DNA of 64,000 nt, taken from assembly GCA_030324005.1 (NCBI GenBank), contig JARDVH010000099.1, positions 1,349,401 to 1,413,400 on the forward strand. Direction: 5' to 3'. Each line of letters begins with the position of its first letter. Position 1 is the first letter of the stretch. This stretch comes from Negaprion brevirostris (taxonomy: Eukaryota). The position numbers were made by a program, and so were the translations under genes. Below are positions 1 through 13,500 of the stretch, one piece after another. The notes beneath the pieces were generated by a model. It searched no databases. It saw only the letters and a list, made by a program, of their open reading frames with translations, and was not told where the DNA came from.

Positions 1-479
1 CCACCCCCTCACCTCTTCACGCCCCCATCGATCTCAAGCAGGGAGTTATCTGATGCTCAACACCTACCTCCTCACAAACTGAAGTGCCCAGATTGGACCT
101 TTGTAGAGCATGTCTGTTTTCCATCAATTCTGGATGAGCAAACGTGGCTATAAAGAGGCATTTGCTGGTAAGGTTGGGCATGCAGCCCATTATGTCAATT
201 TAAATGCATGCGGAGGCGGGCACAAATTGCAATACTCACCTCACACCCGACTTTACCAAGATTTCGTGCCTACAAACAGGTGCAACACAACAGTAAAACC
301 AGGCCTTATGATTTGATGTAAGTCTTCTTTAATTCCCTGAACTACTATTAAATCCCAATGAGATCAGGGATAATGGTTTTAACTGTCCTAAAAATGAGCC
401 TAATTGTGTCCCCACCAGTAGTGAGTGCATTTCCCATGTTTGCCCCTTTCCATCGTTCATTAAATGCAGGACATTTTTC

Positions 480-1030
480 ATCAGGGTTCCTGCACAATTC
501 TCCTGACTTACTGGCAACCTTGCCTACTCTACCAGATTCTATGTCTCAGCCAATAAAGGCAAGTGTCCTGCATTCTGTCTTAATCATTTTATTTACCTGT
601 CCTACTACCTTCATGGATCTTTGGACATGCATGTCTGTTGCTCTACATTTCTCGGTATCCTATCATTTATTGTGCATTCCCTTGGCTTCTTTGCCCATAC
701 AAAATGCAATACCTCGCAGTTCAATGGATTGGGTTACACTTGCCTCTTTTAACCTTGCCTGCTTCCTGTAGCCTTGCTCACTGTCAACTATATGGCAAAG
801 TTTGCATCACTTGCAAACTTCTTAATTGTGGCCCCTACATTTAAGTCTAATTCATTGATATATATCATAAAATGCAAGTGACCTAATACTGAGTTCTGCA
901 GAAATAGCCTTCAAGTCACAAAAATACCCATTGACTATCATCCCATGCTGCCTGTCACTGAGCCAGTTTTGGATCCAATTTGTCATTTTGTTCTTGATGC
1001 CACAAGCTTTTATTTTTCTGACAAATCTGC
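480..1030 (-). mobile_element. Old CR1-type LINE fragment
   Basis: Degenerate antisense match to the CR1 RT C-terminal region seen at 3450-3900. Confidence 0.55.
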
Positions 1031-1774
1031 TACATGCTTCAGCTGATCATTTTGAATAATCCTCAATGAAGCACAGAGCAGAGTCTAAATGGCAAGTTTG
1101 AACTAGAGTATTTAATTCAATATAAAATAATTTACACAATGCTTCATGGCTCTTGGAAACGGAAGCTGGCATGAAAAGAGATAACAGAGACGGAAGTATG
1201 TACAAACAAAAATTTACATCTCCAACACTTGGCTAGAATGCAGTGCAGAATAACACTAACAGCAGGGGTTCAGTCTCCAAACTGGCTGTGGTAGTTCATA
1301 GAGAGGTACCTCTTTGCCTCGTCCCATACAATGTGGAGTGGTGCTCCTCAAGGTGTATTGTGAATCTTCTTCTCTCTAATGGAGAGAAATGCCCATAGAG
1401 TTTTGTAGAATATGGCTAGTTACCAATGCTCATTTTACTTGAAGAATGTGATTCAATTCTTGTAAAGTTACAATTTCAGGGTTAGAGAGTTGCTAGGCAG
1501 TAATTATGATGGATCACACCATTGAGATTTCACTTCAACCTGAAAGTACAGTCCTGATTTTTTCTGGTGTGGTTGAGAAAATAGTGAATGTAAGAAACTG
1601 GAGATGGGGTTGACTAAAAGATCTTGACTAATCTCCTACCTCAATTCTGTCATCTGGCACGATTGGCATATCTGTTGATTGCTTCAGTTTCCAGTACTGA
1701 ATTGGAATAGAAAATTGCAAAGATTCACAGCTGTAAACAAATTTCTTTTCATATCAGTTCTAAATGGCTACCAC

Positions 1775-1787
1775 CACACACACACAC

Positions 1788-1821
<34 letters not shown>
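1775..1821. repeat. (CA)n microsatellite with TA interruptions
   Basis: Seen directly. Confidence 0.95.
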
Positions 1822-1822
<1 letters not shown>

Positions 1823-1844
1823 TTTGAGCATGTGACCCACAATC

Positions 1845-1968
1845 TTGGGGAGCAGGCAGGTAAGTGGAACTGAACCACTATCAGATCAGCCATGATCTTA
1901 TTGAATGGCGGGGCAGGCTAAAGGGGCTAGATGGCCTACTCCTGCTCCTATTTCTTACGTTCTTATGT
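1845..1968 (+). mobile_element. CR1 LINE 3' end
   Basis: gatcagccatgatcttattgaatggcggggcaggc...ggcctactcctgctcctatttctt is a typical CR1 tail. Confidence 0.75.
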
Positions 1969-3439
1969 CGCTGTGGGGCAGCAGTGCTTTACTTCTGTGC
2001 TGCTGTGCTGCTGAGCTGGGAGAATTTCCGATTCCACAAACACAACCTTAAACAATAGCTACCTGAATGATAGAGTTTCTAAACAATGCAGTTGGGAAGG
2101 GCTAGATTAGAAGTCAAGGCAGGTGACCCAGTGAGAACCGAGGTGGACTTGGATGCAAAGGCAGACCGCATGGAAGGCCTGCCTCGCTGTGTCCAAAAAA
2201 CTAAAGATTATAACATTAAACATTCTTCCAGTCCTCACAAATCCAAATACTCCCCATGCCCCACCCATGTCATCTTATGCTCCTACACTCAACCCCCATA
2301 CCCACTATGCAAACCTATGCCCATCCACTCACTTCCATGCTCCTTTCTAGTTCCCATTCCGACTTAGTACCAACTCTTGCCAACTATGCCCCACTCACCG
2401 ACCTTTCTCTTTACACCTCTTTATGCCAACTCACCTCCATGGGCAGCACTCAAACCCCATCCACAGCTGAGATAAAATTAAGTTCCATAAAATAAAGTTT
2501 GAAGTATAAATTGCTGACTTCACAATATTAGGAAAAAGACACTCATTCATAAAAGCCTATTACTACATTCACATTCCTTCAATAAGACCTTATAACAACA
2601 AACATTTTTTCAATCCCTTATTATAATAAGCATTGGAATTGATAGTATCATATCAAAAATTCTATAATCACTTGTACCTGTCAATCAAACAGTGAAAGGG
2701 CACTGTGATAACAGATGATTGTGAAATCAGTCTTGCAGGAATGGAAATCCTCAGGCTTATGTTAACAGACAGACTGAAATCGCAAGCAATGATCTTTTAT
2801 TAACACTCCAGACATATTTTTCAAAGATTTAAAGGGCAGGACTTTTAAATGTTTCAAAGCTTGACAGGTCCCTTTGACAATAGTTTCTGATTGTTTTGAC
2901 AGTTGATTTTGACAGGTCTGTTGACTGTTCCAATGAGTTTGACAATAATGACTTTATCGACTTTTTATGACTATTTATGATGACTTTTAACTAATTAAAG
3001 GGCATCTGATATGCCCCAAAGAGCACCTGACCTCCATCATATCCATAGGGATCTTCTCCTATCTCTCTTAAGGGCTATCCAAATGCACCCACAAAGTTCA
3101 GACCCATTCTAACCTTCACACTTCAATTTCACATTTCCGTTTTCCCAACATCCCACAAGGACAGGACTTACAATTTTGTCTACTTCCACCACTTTTGCCA
3201 AGACAGAGATACTTTCCACCCTAGTGAAGCTCTGGGCAGTATTCTGGTTACCTGATGATATCTCCATCCAGTCTCAATGGAAGATAGTTAGGCTCAAGTG
3301 GAATAGCTACCATTAAAAAACATGGGCCAGAATTTGCTATCAAAGCAACAGCTCCACAAAACAGAATCTCGCTCTTAACCGGTCTATTTTGTTTTTAGGA
3401 ACTAGCTGTACTTGCATATTAAACCTGCCACAGGAAGTT

Positions 3440-4450
3440 CAGTATAATGGCATGCTGGTTTACCAGTGGTTTTCCACAGGGATCTGTGTTAGACCTCCTA
3501 TTATTCATCATTTATATAAATGACATTGACGACTATGTGGGGGGTAGGATTAGTAAATTTGGGGGTGATACAAGGATTGACCAGGTGGTTAACAGTGAGC
3601 TGAAGTGTTTTGGGCTATAAGAAGATGTAGATGGAATAGTCAAATGGGCAGATAAGTGGCAGATGTATGAGGTGATACGCTTTGGAAGGAGTAATTTGAT
3701 AAGGAAGTATTCAATGAATGGTAGGACAGTAGTGAGTTCTATGGAACAAAGAGACCTTGGCATGTTTTTCCACAGATCACTGAAGGTGGTTGAGCATATC
3801 AGTAAGGTGGTGAGAAAGGCATATGGGACTCTTGCCTTTATCAATCGAGGCATAGATTACAAAATCAGGGAAGTCATGTTGGAGTTATATAGAATTTTGG
3901 TGAAGCCTCAGATGGAGCATTGTGCGCAGTTCTGGTCGCCTCATTATCGCAAGGATTTGGTTGCACTGGAAGAGGTGCAGAAAAGATTTACCAGAATGCT
4001 GTCTGGGATGGAACATTTAAGTTACGAAGAGAGGTTGGATAGGCTTGGGTTGTTTTTGTTGGAGCAGAGAAGATTGAGGGGCAACCTGATCAGGGTGTAC
4101 AAGATTATGAGAGATATAGACAAAGTGGATAAGGAGCAGCTGTTCCCTTAGTTGAAGGGACATAGGTTCAAGATGAGAGGCAGAGGTCTAAAGGGGATGT
4201 GAGGAAAAATATTTTTACCCAGAGGATGGTGACAGGCTGGAATGTGCTGCCTGGGAGGGTGGTGGAAGCGGGTTGCCTCACATCCTTTAAAAAGTATCTG
4301 GATGAGCACTTGGCACATCGTCACATTCAGGGTTATGGGCCAAGTGCTGGCAGATGGGATTCGGTGGGAGTTCAGGTGTTTCTAATGTGTCAGTGCAGAC
4401 TTGATGGGCCGAAGGGCCTCTTCTGCGCTGTATGGTTCTATGTTATTTTT
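3440..4450 (+). mobile_element. 5'-truncated CR1/HER1-type LINE (RT C-terminus and 3' UTR)
   Basis: FPQGSVL...YIND motif. ORFs 3663 and 4199 give HCAQFWSPHYRKD...RFTRML...LSYEERLDRLGLF...FTQRMV. Contains stops and frameshifts. Confidence 0.9.
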
Positions 4451-4799
4451 AATTCTGAGGTGAATTACAATGTTACTACAGACAGTTCACGCACTGTTAT
4501 TTTGGCACCAAAGTGGTTCATAACACATTTTTGAAAGGAATCCAGGAGATGGATTAGACAGCAAAGCTTAGTAAAACTAAAATATACAGGTCACGTTGTA
4601 AATGTATTTTTCTGTTTTGTGTAAAGGTGATATGCAGCAAAGAAAAACAGATTTTATCACTTAAAAAGCACAGAAAATTCATTAAATTAAGGTGTAATAC
4701 AGGTTGGAATTCTCCCCACCAGCCTGTGATGGGCAGGTACTGTGAATCTGGCTGGAGGCAAAGAGTTGGCACGTTACAGGTGCGCTCCCTCAATAGCAA

Positions 4800-6925
4800 C
4801 AGCATCCTTCCTCAGATAAGGACACCGAAACTTGCACACAATACGCCAAGTGTGGCCTCACCAACACCCTACACAATTCAGTAAAACATCCCTGTCCCTA
4901 TATGCAAATCCTCTCACTATGAAGGCTAACATATCATTTGCCCTCTTTTCTGTTTGCTGTACCTGCATGCTTATTTTCAGCAACTGATGCATGAGGACAC
5001 CAAGGTCTCACCCAGTATCCAACTCTCAATTTACATCCACTCAAATAGCAATCTGTCTTCCTATTATTTCTACCAAAGTGGATAACCTCACATTCATCCA
5101 CATTATACTGCATCTGTCATGCACATGCCCACTCATTCAGTCTGTCCAAATCACTGAAGCATCTCTGCATCCTCCTCACAGCCCACACTCCCAGCCAACT
5201 TTGTATCATCTGCAAATCTGGAGATAATACATTCAGTTCCCTCATCCAAATTATTAATATGTAATATGAACAGTTGGGTCCTAGCACAGATCCGTGTGGA
5301 ACCTCACTAGTCACTGGAAAAAGATCCATTTATTCCAACTCTTTCTATCTGCAAATCAGCTTTCCATCCATCTTAAGACACTACCCGCAATCCTTTGCGC
5401 TTTGACTTTACAAAGTAATCTACTATGTGAGACTTAGTCAAAAACCTTCTGAAAGTCTAAGTAGACTACAACCACCAATTCCCCCTGTCAACTCTATTAG
5501 TTACATCCTCAAAGAATTCCAATAGATTTGTCAAGCATGATTTCCCTTTTGTAAATCCTATGATTATACCAGTGCCTTCCAAATGCTGTGCTATAAAATC
5601 CTTGATAATGAACTCTCACAGCTTCCCTACTACCGATGTTAGGCTCACTGGTCTATAGTTTGCTTTTTGAATAGTGGGCTTACATTAGATACCCTCCAAT
5701 GTATAGAAACCAAACCAGAGTCTGAAGAAATTTGGAAAATTACAAGAAATCATAGAATCCCTATAGTGCAGGAGGTGACCATTCGGCCCATCAAGTCTGC
5801 ACCAACCACAATTCCACCCAGGCCCTACTCCCGTAACCCCACATATTTACCATGCTAATCCCCCTGACACAAGGGTCAATTTAGCATGGCACATCAACCT
5901 AACCCGCACATCTTTGGACTGTGTGAGGAAACTGGAGCACTCGGAGGAAACCAATGCAGACACTGGGAGAAAGTGCAAACTCCACACAGACAGTGACCTG
6001 AGGCTGGAATTGAACACGAGTCCCTGGCGCTGCGAAGCAGCAGTGCTAACCACTGTGCTGTTCTACTACTAGGATCTACTATTTCTAGGGCCACTTCCTT
6101 AAGTATTCTGTGATGAAGAATATCAGGCCCTAGAGATTTATTCAGCTTCAATCCCAACAATTTCCCCAAAACCATTTCTCCATTGATGCCGGTTTCCGTC
6201 AGCTCCTCACTAAAACGTCTGTTTTTCAGAACATCTGGTACATTATTCATGTCTTTGTGGAGACAAAAGAAAAATAGGAATTTAGTTCCTCAGCTATTTC
6301 TTTATTCCCCATTATGAACTCTCCTGTTTCTGACTGTAAGGGGCTTACATTCGTTTTTGTCAATCTTTTTCTCTTTACACATCTACAGAAACTTTTAGTC
6401 AGTTTTTACATTCCCTGTCATCATATTTTCATACCATATTTTCCCTTTACAATTCAGCAAAGGCTTGATTAAGAAACTGCTCCCAATCCTCAGATTTATT
6501 GCTTTCTCTTGCTAATTTGTATGCAGCTTTTTTGACTGTAATACTATCTCTGATTTCCCTCGTAAGCTATAGTTTGATCACAGTTCCCTTTCCACTCTTG
6601 TNNNNNNNNNNNNNNNNNNNNNNNNNNNNNNNNNNNNNNNNNNNNNNNNNNNNNNNNNNNNNNNNNNNNNNNNNNNNNNNNNNNNNNNNNNNNNNNNNNN
6701 NATGTTTCCCCAGTCCGTCATAGCCAACTCATGTCTCATGTCATCATAGATACCCTTATTGAGATTCAGGACCCTAACCTCAGAATCAACTACCTCATTA
6801 TCCACCTCAATACAGAATTCTACCATATTATGATCATTAACTCCCAAGGTTCTCTCACAACCAGATTGCCAATGCACAATACCCAGTTCAAGATGGCCTG
6901 TTCTCTTGTTTGTTCCTCAATGTAT
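4800..6925 (-). mobile_element. CR1 LINE ORF2 fragment interrupted by a SINE and a gap
   Basis: Antisense VPHGSVLGP, KSLGPDILHHRILKEVALEIVDP and DHNMVEF motifs. Confidence 0.85.
5745..6060 (-). mobile_element. HE1-type tRNA-headed SINE, CR1-type tail (tail A)
   Basis: Head CAGTGGTTAGCACTGCTGC, B-box GTTCAATTCC, tail ...CTGCACTATAGGGATTCTATG. Confidence 0.9.
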
Positions 6926-6945
6926 TAGTTTAACTGTTTTCAGAG

Positions 6946-7680
6946 ATGTCACAATCCACCCAGAGCAGCACCCCATGGTTCAGTGAAAGCTTGTTGCGGA
7001 ACTTCCTCCAAGCCATTCAGGCATGCAGAAAGATTCTAATTCTAGCTGATGACTGCAAAAGGCCATCACAAATTAACAAGATGGCCTCAAGAGAGGTGAC
7101 CACGGTGAGCAGCTGTCAGGTCCATCCAAGGAACTGGATCTAGTGTTGAAGAAAGATGCATGACTTCTTCTGCACTGCAATGTGAGTTTGAGTTTCATGC
7201 TATCAAGAAGTGAAGAAAAGCTGGACATGAAATGTAGGGGCATTGGACATTGAAATGTAAATTGTTCTTCCTCACCAGCTTCCATAGTCGCAGAGGCGAT
7301 GTATGTGTGTGTCACTCTAACTTGTATCTTCCTCTGCACCTGATCCAGATTTCCCTGGAGTGAGAAAACTGGAAGGACAGCTGGACAAGCTAACCCTTTG
7401 TGGGGCAGGGCGGGGGGGCAGTGGGACTTCACTGGACAGTCAGGAGGAACTACACTTACCCATCAACTCTGGTTACCGTGGCTGCCTGCTGCACTCATGA
7501 ACAGCAGTGGCCTTTAAAGTCAGTCCAGTAATTGTTTTTATGTTTTATTTGCAGGTTTGAGTGTTGCAGAGAGCTGTGACAAGTCCTCATGTCTTCTTCC
7601 TCAGGGGATAACAGTCTGGATCTTACACTTGCTACCTGCACTCAGCATCAGCACAGATAGACTCACTTCAGTGGGGGGCT
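6946..7680 (+). mobile_element. Decayed Harbinger Myb/SANT-like (NAIF1-like) ORF
   Basis: TPWFSESLLRNFLQAIQACRKILI...REVTTVSS...RNWI*C*RKMHDF resembles the Harbinger Myb/SANT DNA-binding domain. In-frame stops present. Confidence 0.6.
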
Positions 7681-7689
7681 GATTGTGCA

Positions 7690-8960
7690 TTCCCACCTAC
7701 GCCAATAACCTTTCACCCCTTGCTTAATAAGAATTTGCCTACCTTTGTGTTAAAAATACTCAGATTGCGTTTCCACTGCAATTTCAGGAAGAGATCCAAA
7801 AACTCACAAACCTCAGAAAAATTTCTCCTCATCTGAGTCTGAAACAGGTGACCTCTTATTTTTAAACAGAGGCCTCTGGTTCCAGATAATTACACAGGAG
7901 GAAATATCCTCTCCACATCCAACCCGTCAAGATCTCTTGTATGTTAAGATCTTATATGTTTCATCTTACACTTCTAAACTCCAGCAGATACAAACCTACC
8001 CTGTCCAGTCTTAACCTGCCCATTCCAGGTATGGGTCTAGTAAGCCTTCCCTGAACTGCATCCAACACATTTATATCCTTCCTTAAATAAGGTGACCAAT
8101 AGTGTACACAATATTCCAGATGTGATTTCACCAATGCTCTGCACAACTGAATCCCTCAAAGAACCACAGAATCCCAATAATGGCAGAGGCATTCAGCCCA
8201 TCAAGTCTGCACTGGCTCTCTGGCAGAGTATCTATCTGAGGCCTATCCCTACCCAGTCCTATCCCTGTAACCCTACACATTTACCATGGCTTATCCATCT
8301 AACCTACACATCTTGGGACACTAAGGACCAATTTTTCTATGACTTATGAACCTAGCCTGCACATCTTTGGATTGTGGAAGGAGACTGGAGCACTCAGAGG
8401 AAACCCACGCAAGCACAGGGAGAATGTGCAAACTCCACACAGACATTAACCCAAGGTTGGAATTGAACCCAGGTTCCCTGGCACTGTAAGAGATCAGTGC
8501 TAACCACTGTGCCACCATGCCGTTCATAATTTTGTACTCAATTCCCCTTGTAATAAATGATAAAATTCTATTAACTTCCCTAATTACTTGCTGCTCTTGC
8601 ACATTAGCCTTTTGTGATTCACGCATTATGACACCCATATCCCTCTGTACCTCTAAGCTCTGTAATCTTACACTGTTTAGATGTTTCTTTTTATTCTTCC
8701 TGCCAAAATGGGCAATTTTATATCTTCCCACGTTATACTCCATTTGCCAGATCTTTGACCACTCACTTATGCTAGACATAACCTCTTGTAAGCTCCATAG
8801 GTCCACTTCCAACTTACTTTCTTACCGATCTTTGTGCCATTAGCAAATTTAGCAACATACCTTCAGTCCCTTCATCCAGGATATTTACATAAATTGTAAG
8901 GTGAGGTCCCAGTACTGATCCCTGTGGCACACTACTTGTTAAATCTTACCAACCATCTCG
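7690..8960 (-). mobile_element. CR1 LINE 3' fragment split by a SINE
   Basis: Antisense HLEYCVHYWSPYLRKD and WSKIWQMEYNV. The reading frame continues on both sides of the SINE. Confidence 0.85.
8160..8521 (-). mobile_element. HE1-type SINE (tail A)
   Basis: Same head and body as 5745-6060. Confidence 0.88.
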
Positions 8961-9011
8961 CCAACTCTCCAGTTGGTGGCCATGGTCCCTAACCCCTGCA
9001 AAGATTTCACC

Positions 9012-9260
9012 CAATGTTTCAGACTAATGACTTACCTGGAGAACGGAAATAAAAACTATATATGTGACAGAGTGGGGAAAGTGAGGAGGGGAGGATGGAG
9101 CAAAAGGAAAGGTCTGTGATTGGGTGAAACATTAACTGACAAAGGGATGGTGATGCAAACAAAAGGGGTGATAATGAGACATGTATAGAAACAAATGATG
9201 TGACTACAAGAAGTGTAAATGGGAAAGTAGAATCATTACCAACAGCCGTCATCCAAAATT
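9012..9260 (-). mobile_element. Penelope-like terminal repeat fragment
   Basis: Pyrimidine-rich segment ending in a decayed hammerhead-like motif. Similar to 53050-53435. Confidence 0.55.
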
Positions 9261-10229
9261 AACAGGCAGAATCTATCTTGTTAATGAAAGAGATAGCGAT
9301 ACAGTTTTATCCATGGACACCCTTGTCTCTTCTTCCTAATAACTAAGAATGTTAAGTTCTATCCTTAGGAAACCCAATAGATGTCAGGTCAAACTTGGTT
9401 AATTGGAAAATACTGCCCACCAACAGTTCAGCAATATCTTGCACTGTCTATTTATACTATTAAAGATAATCAATTCAAAAATATGCTAATTTGATCGACT
9501 TTGAATGTGCGCTTAGGTGAAAACAAAATAGATTCTAATAACTTCAGGTCAATGGATGCTACTTAGGCAGCCATAGGATACAGACACTAAAACTTTCTCT
9601 GGTAGAAAGTAGGCACACAGCAGAAATCAATTCTGTCCATTGTGGAAGTTCCAATCATCATTCATCTTTAAATCTGAAGTAATGTATATTGGAGGATTGT
9701 TGCCACATTGCAGGAACATCGTGCATTTAAAGTGTTAAACACAGAATTGAAAAACTTGAGCCTTTTTTTCCTCTAATTTCCTTAACTTTCTTTAACTTTC
9801 ATTAAAAAGTAGTAACACTTTACAAAAACTTGTTAACATGAAAAGCAGGAACTGTTCAATATACATCAAAAAAGTATTATGGATCTGGTCTGCTTAGATT
9901 AAATAGTCTCAGCATCCTGTACTAAAACGCAAGGTGAAAACATGCTCTCCAGAATCCCTTATATTTCACAGACGTTTGCCGTTTGACTCTACAACCTCCT
10001 ATTTGTAAGAGCTGACAGGCACCCTTGCTGTTCTCACTCTGCCAAAAGCCTGTCCATCTCACAGACTAACAGGTTCAAAGAGTTTTTCAGCCTAATGGTG
10101 AACAATGACTTTCAAATGCCCAGATATTGTTTAGTTTCTGGAAAATACTACTTTGTTGTGTCTGGCTAGCGTACTAAACCATCTTTTGTTCTGGGGAGGG
10201 GGGGCAGGGGTGGGGAGAAGAAAAAATCC

Positions 10230-10520
10230 AAGAAAAACTCAGCCAGTCTGGCAGTATCTGAGGAGAGAGAAGCAGAATTAACATTTTGAGCCTGTACTTG
10301 AAGAGCAGGAGAACTATCTTGGATTATATAATGCACAGAGGGAGCTGAGCAGCTGGAACATAGTAGAAGGGCAGTGATTAATGGGAGAGATTGCAACAGA
10401 GGTGTAGGTCACAAGACAAAGAAAACGTTAATGGCTGTCAGTGCTAGTAGTGGCTTAAAGGTATGATATCAGAGTGTATTAATGGGAGAATAAAGTCAGA
10501 GGGATTGGAAGATGTGGAGG
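10230..10520 (-). mobile_element. Penelope-like terminal repeat fragment
   Basis: Antisense ...ctctctcctcagatactgccagactggctgagt, shared with 27300 and 53340. Confidence 0.6.
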
Positions 10521-13500
10521 ACTCCGATGGGGGAATCTTTTAAAAAAAACTTGTGAGAATGCACATTGCTTTTAAAAAGAGCAGAATTAATTCTACTTTC
10601 AACTCCTTTTGATAAACAAACGGTGAAAAGAATTAATAAAGACTTGAGTCTTTCTGAAGCAGTCTAGAAATTCTGCCATTTGCTAAACTTCAGAAAGTAA
10701 AATCTTCATCTCTGACACCATATTGACCAATAATGCAAATAATTCCCTCAATATGCAAAGACAAAACTACCTAACAGTAATAAAACAGATACTACAAGAA
10801 TCAACAGTTGGAAATGTAACCACACAACTATCAGATCATGTACAATTTACGATCGTGAACTCTGTTTAATCTGAGGGAATGAATAACCACACGTAAAACT
10901 TCCATAAAGTCTTGCTTGAGGCTTATTAGTTCTGTACTCTTATCCTTATGTTCTACTCTCACAACAGAAGTTAAATAACATGTTTACATGCATATTATCA
11001 ATGCCTTTCAGCATTTTTACACATGTGATCATGAACTTATCAATCTTCTATTATGAAAGCAGGCTTTAATGAATTCTGTGTGTCTTTTCTCATCAATTAC
11101 AAAGCTCCCAAGTCCTAGCATTGTTGCTGTCACTTGTTTCAACTCTTCCAAACATCCAACCACATCAGCAAATGTAATAGTACCTACTGAAGCTCCACTA
11201 TTGAAGATAGTTTAATTCTAAATAGCTGGTTCAAATCAAATGGGTTAATCAAAAGTACAGTGATTAGAGCCAATGTTAACCATCACGTTATCCATCAGAA
11301 GTTATGAACAAAGTGCATCCATTTCATGTTCTTTATTGACCAGGCAAGACCTCAGTCTTTTGAAGGCTAATATGCCAATTTAACTAATATGCCAATTTAA
11401 GCTGTACCTTTATCGGCTTGAATCAAACCCTTTATGCTGCTAGAATGAATTAAAAATCAGCCCTAATTCAATATCAAGTACTAGGTAGTTCAGGTAGGCA
11501 GAGGGCTTAGGAGGTTCACAACATAGAATTTATTATTCTAGGCAGCAGGTATACTGCAAGTGTGTTAGCCATTGTGCATTATCAAATCAAGCAGCCTGAC
11601 AGTTCGTAGACAGACTGCGTCTGGTGCCTGCTTTTTACTCTAAGAAGTTTTACCAGGGAAATCTGATTCACTTCCAATGCCAGTGTAATGAATGTAAGTC
11701 ATTACTGCCCTCAGCTTTAATGCCACTTGGCATTCACGTGATCTGAGGGGATAATGTCTCATCTCAAATTTAGTTGAAATAAGCAGGGTGAAGGTTCAGA
11801 ACCTATGGAGTGGTTGTGACAGGTGATGGAAGGGCAGATAGTGTAACAATGGAATCGATCTCATGTCTGTGAATAAGGGTAAAAATGCAGGTGACAAACT
11901 GGAGTGAGTCTATGAGTAAATACTCAGGGATTCCTTAGGTGGCAGGGAAGGGAAGCCATTGATAGAGATATTCTGGCTATGACTGAATAACTGTGAATTA
12001 AACTATGGAGTCACATCTAGTGGGCAACAGTGAAGAGATGTCGGAGGAGGATAATATCAATGGTTGTGGAGAACTCAAGGAAGAATATACCCTGGTCAGT
12101 AATAAAGATTATCTTTAGGGACTTTGATTAGTGCTGTTTCAAAGCACCATATCAGAGTAAATAAGGGCAGTAGAAGCAGTGGGGCAAAGGGGGTATTTCC
12201 CCCACTAATACTGACAATGGAACTCCGTTTTGTGATGTTTAGTGGAGATTCTTAAGAGGGTGGAAAATAGCCATGTCTAAAATCTCGCTGAAGAAGCACC
12301 AGCCTCAGATGCTGCAGTGAATTATAGTGTATTGGACACAAAATGGCTGTCTTGGTCCTTAATGTTGCTGCAGCACTGGATTAACTTTGCTTCAGGAACC
12401 CACCAGAATTATGCAAAGAAGAAAATTGGGCTCGTTCCTGAAGGAGTTACATTGACCGGTGGAAGTGGAATTTTAGTGCTGTTTTGGTACTAAATTTTTC
12501 ACAAGGAAAAATCTAGACCTCTGTATGGTAGCACGTTTTATGTATTCAGAAAACTAATCTAAGTTTGGTTTGCCATTATGTACAAAATTAATATTTAAAT
12601 AACTTTTGTACACATTTGTATATTGCCCTGAGCTTGGGAGATCCAGATTGGAACACTTATAAACAAATGCAAAGTCGTCTTTGAAGCACATCAATGGTAT
12701 AATTTGTAAGCCACATCCCAAGTACAGTGAAAACAGGTGGCTTCATATTGACGGGTTTTGTAGTAAATATAGTTTAGCTCCAACCAAAGGCACTACGCCA
12801 TGTTTGAAAATATTAGGGTAATTCAATGGATCGTTTGAGTTTATCATAGCATAATAAATTATCCATCTGGGAATGTGGATGTATCAAGGGGCACTTGCAT
12901 TATTTGTACACAGATTATCTTGTGACTATGTACTTCAAGTCCACTGGTTGCAGGTCACACTATATAGATGCCAGTCCCAGAGACTATCAGCAGCGTAACT
13001 AGAGCAACCAGAATCTCAGCCAGAATTGGGGTACTTGGTCTTCACTATGATAGTGAGTTGCTAGCCCTTAAACACAACAGAGGCAAAGACTCCTTGCTGA
13101 AATGGAGAAGGGAAAACTGGCAGGAGTTACAGCTCAGGTTATATTTGACATGTCTCCTTAGAAGCACAAGTCCCCACATCCATTGTTCACAATTTGTACT
13201 CGGAAGACTAGAAAGCAAGATATAAAGTTCTCAAGCAGGACAATAATAAAGTCAATATCATCTGCTAGAACAAGGAAACTATGCATGTAAATAATAGGAA
13301 ATAAGCAATTAAAGCAGCCAATGGTGCCCAGTTTCAAAGAACAGTGAAGTAAAATATTAGTAAAAGCTTAGCCATTAGTATATTTTAGCAGCTAGATAAC
13401 TTCTTGCTGAACAGAACATTTTCTAGTTGCAATTGTAAAACATTCATTCCAGTCTGACTGGTAACTAGATTATAATGCTTGTCAAAAATAATCTATTATG

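Noticed and set aside
3663-4534. Longest plus-strand ORFs as a host gene
   Set aside because: They are broken CR1 reverse-transcriptase C-terminal fragments.
5960-6060. tRNA genes at A/B-box sequences
   Set aside because: These are tRNA-derived SINE heads continuing into the SINE body, with no complete cloverleaf.
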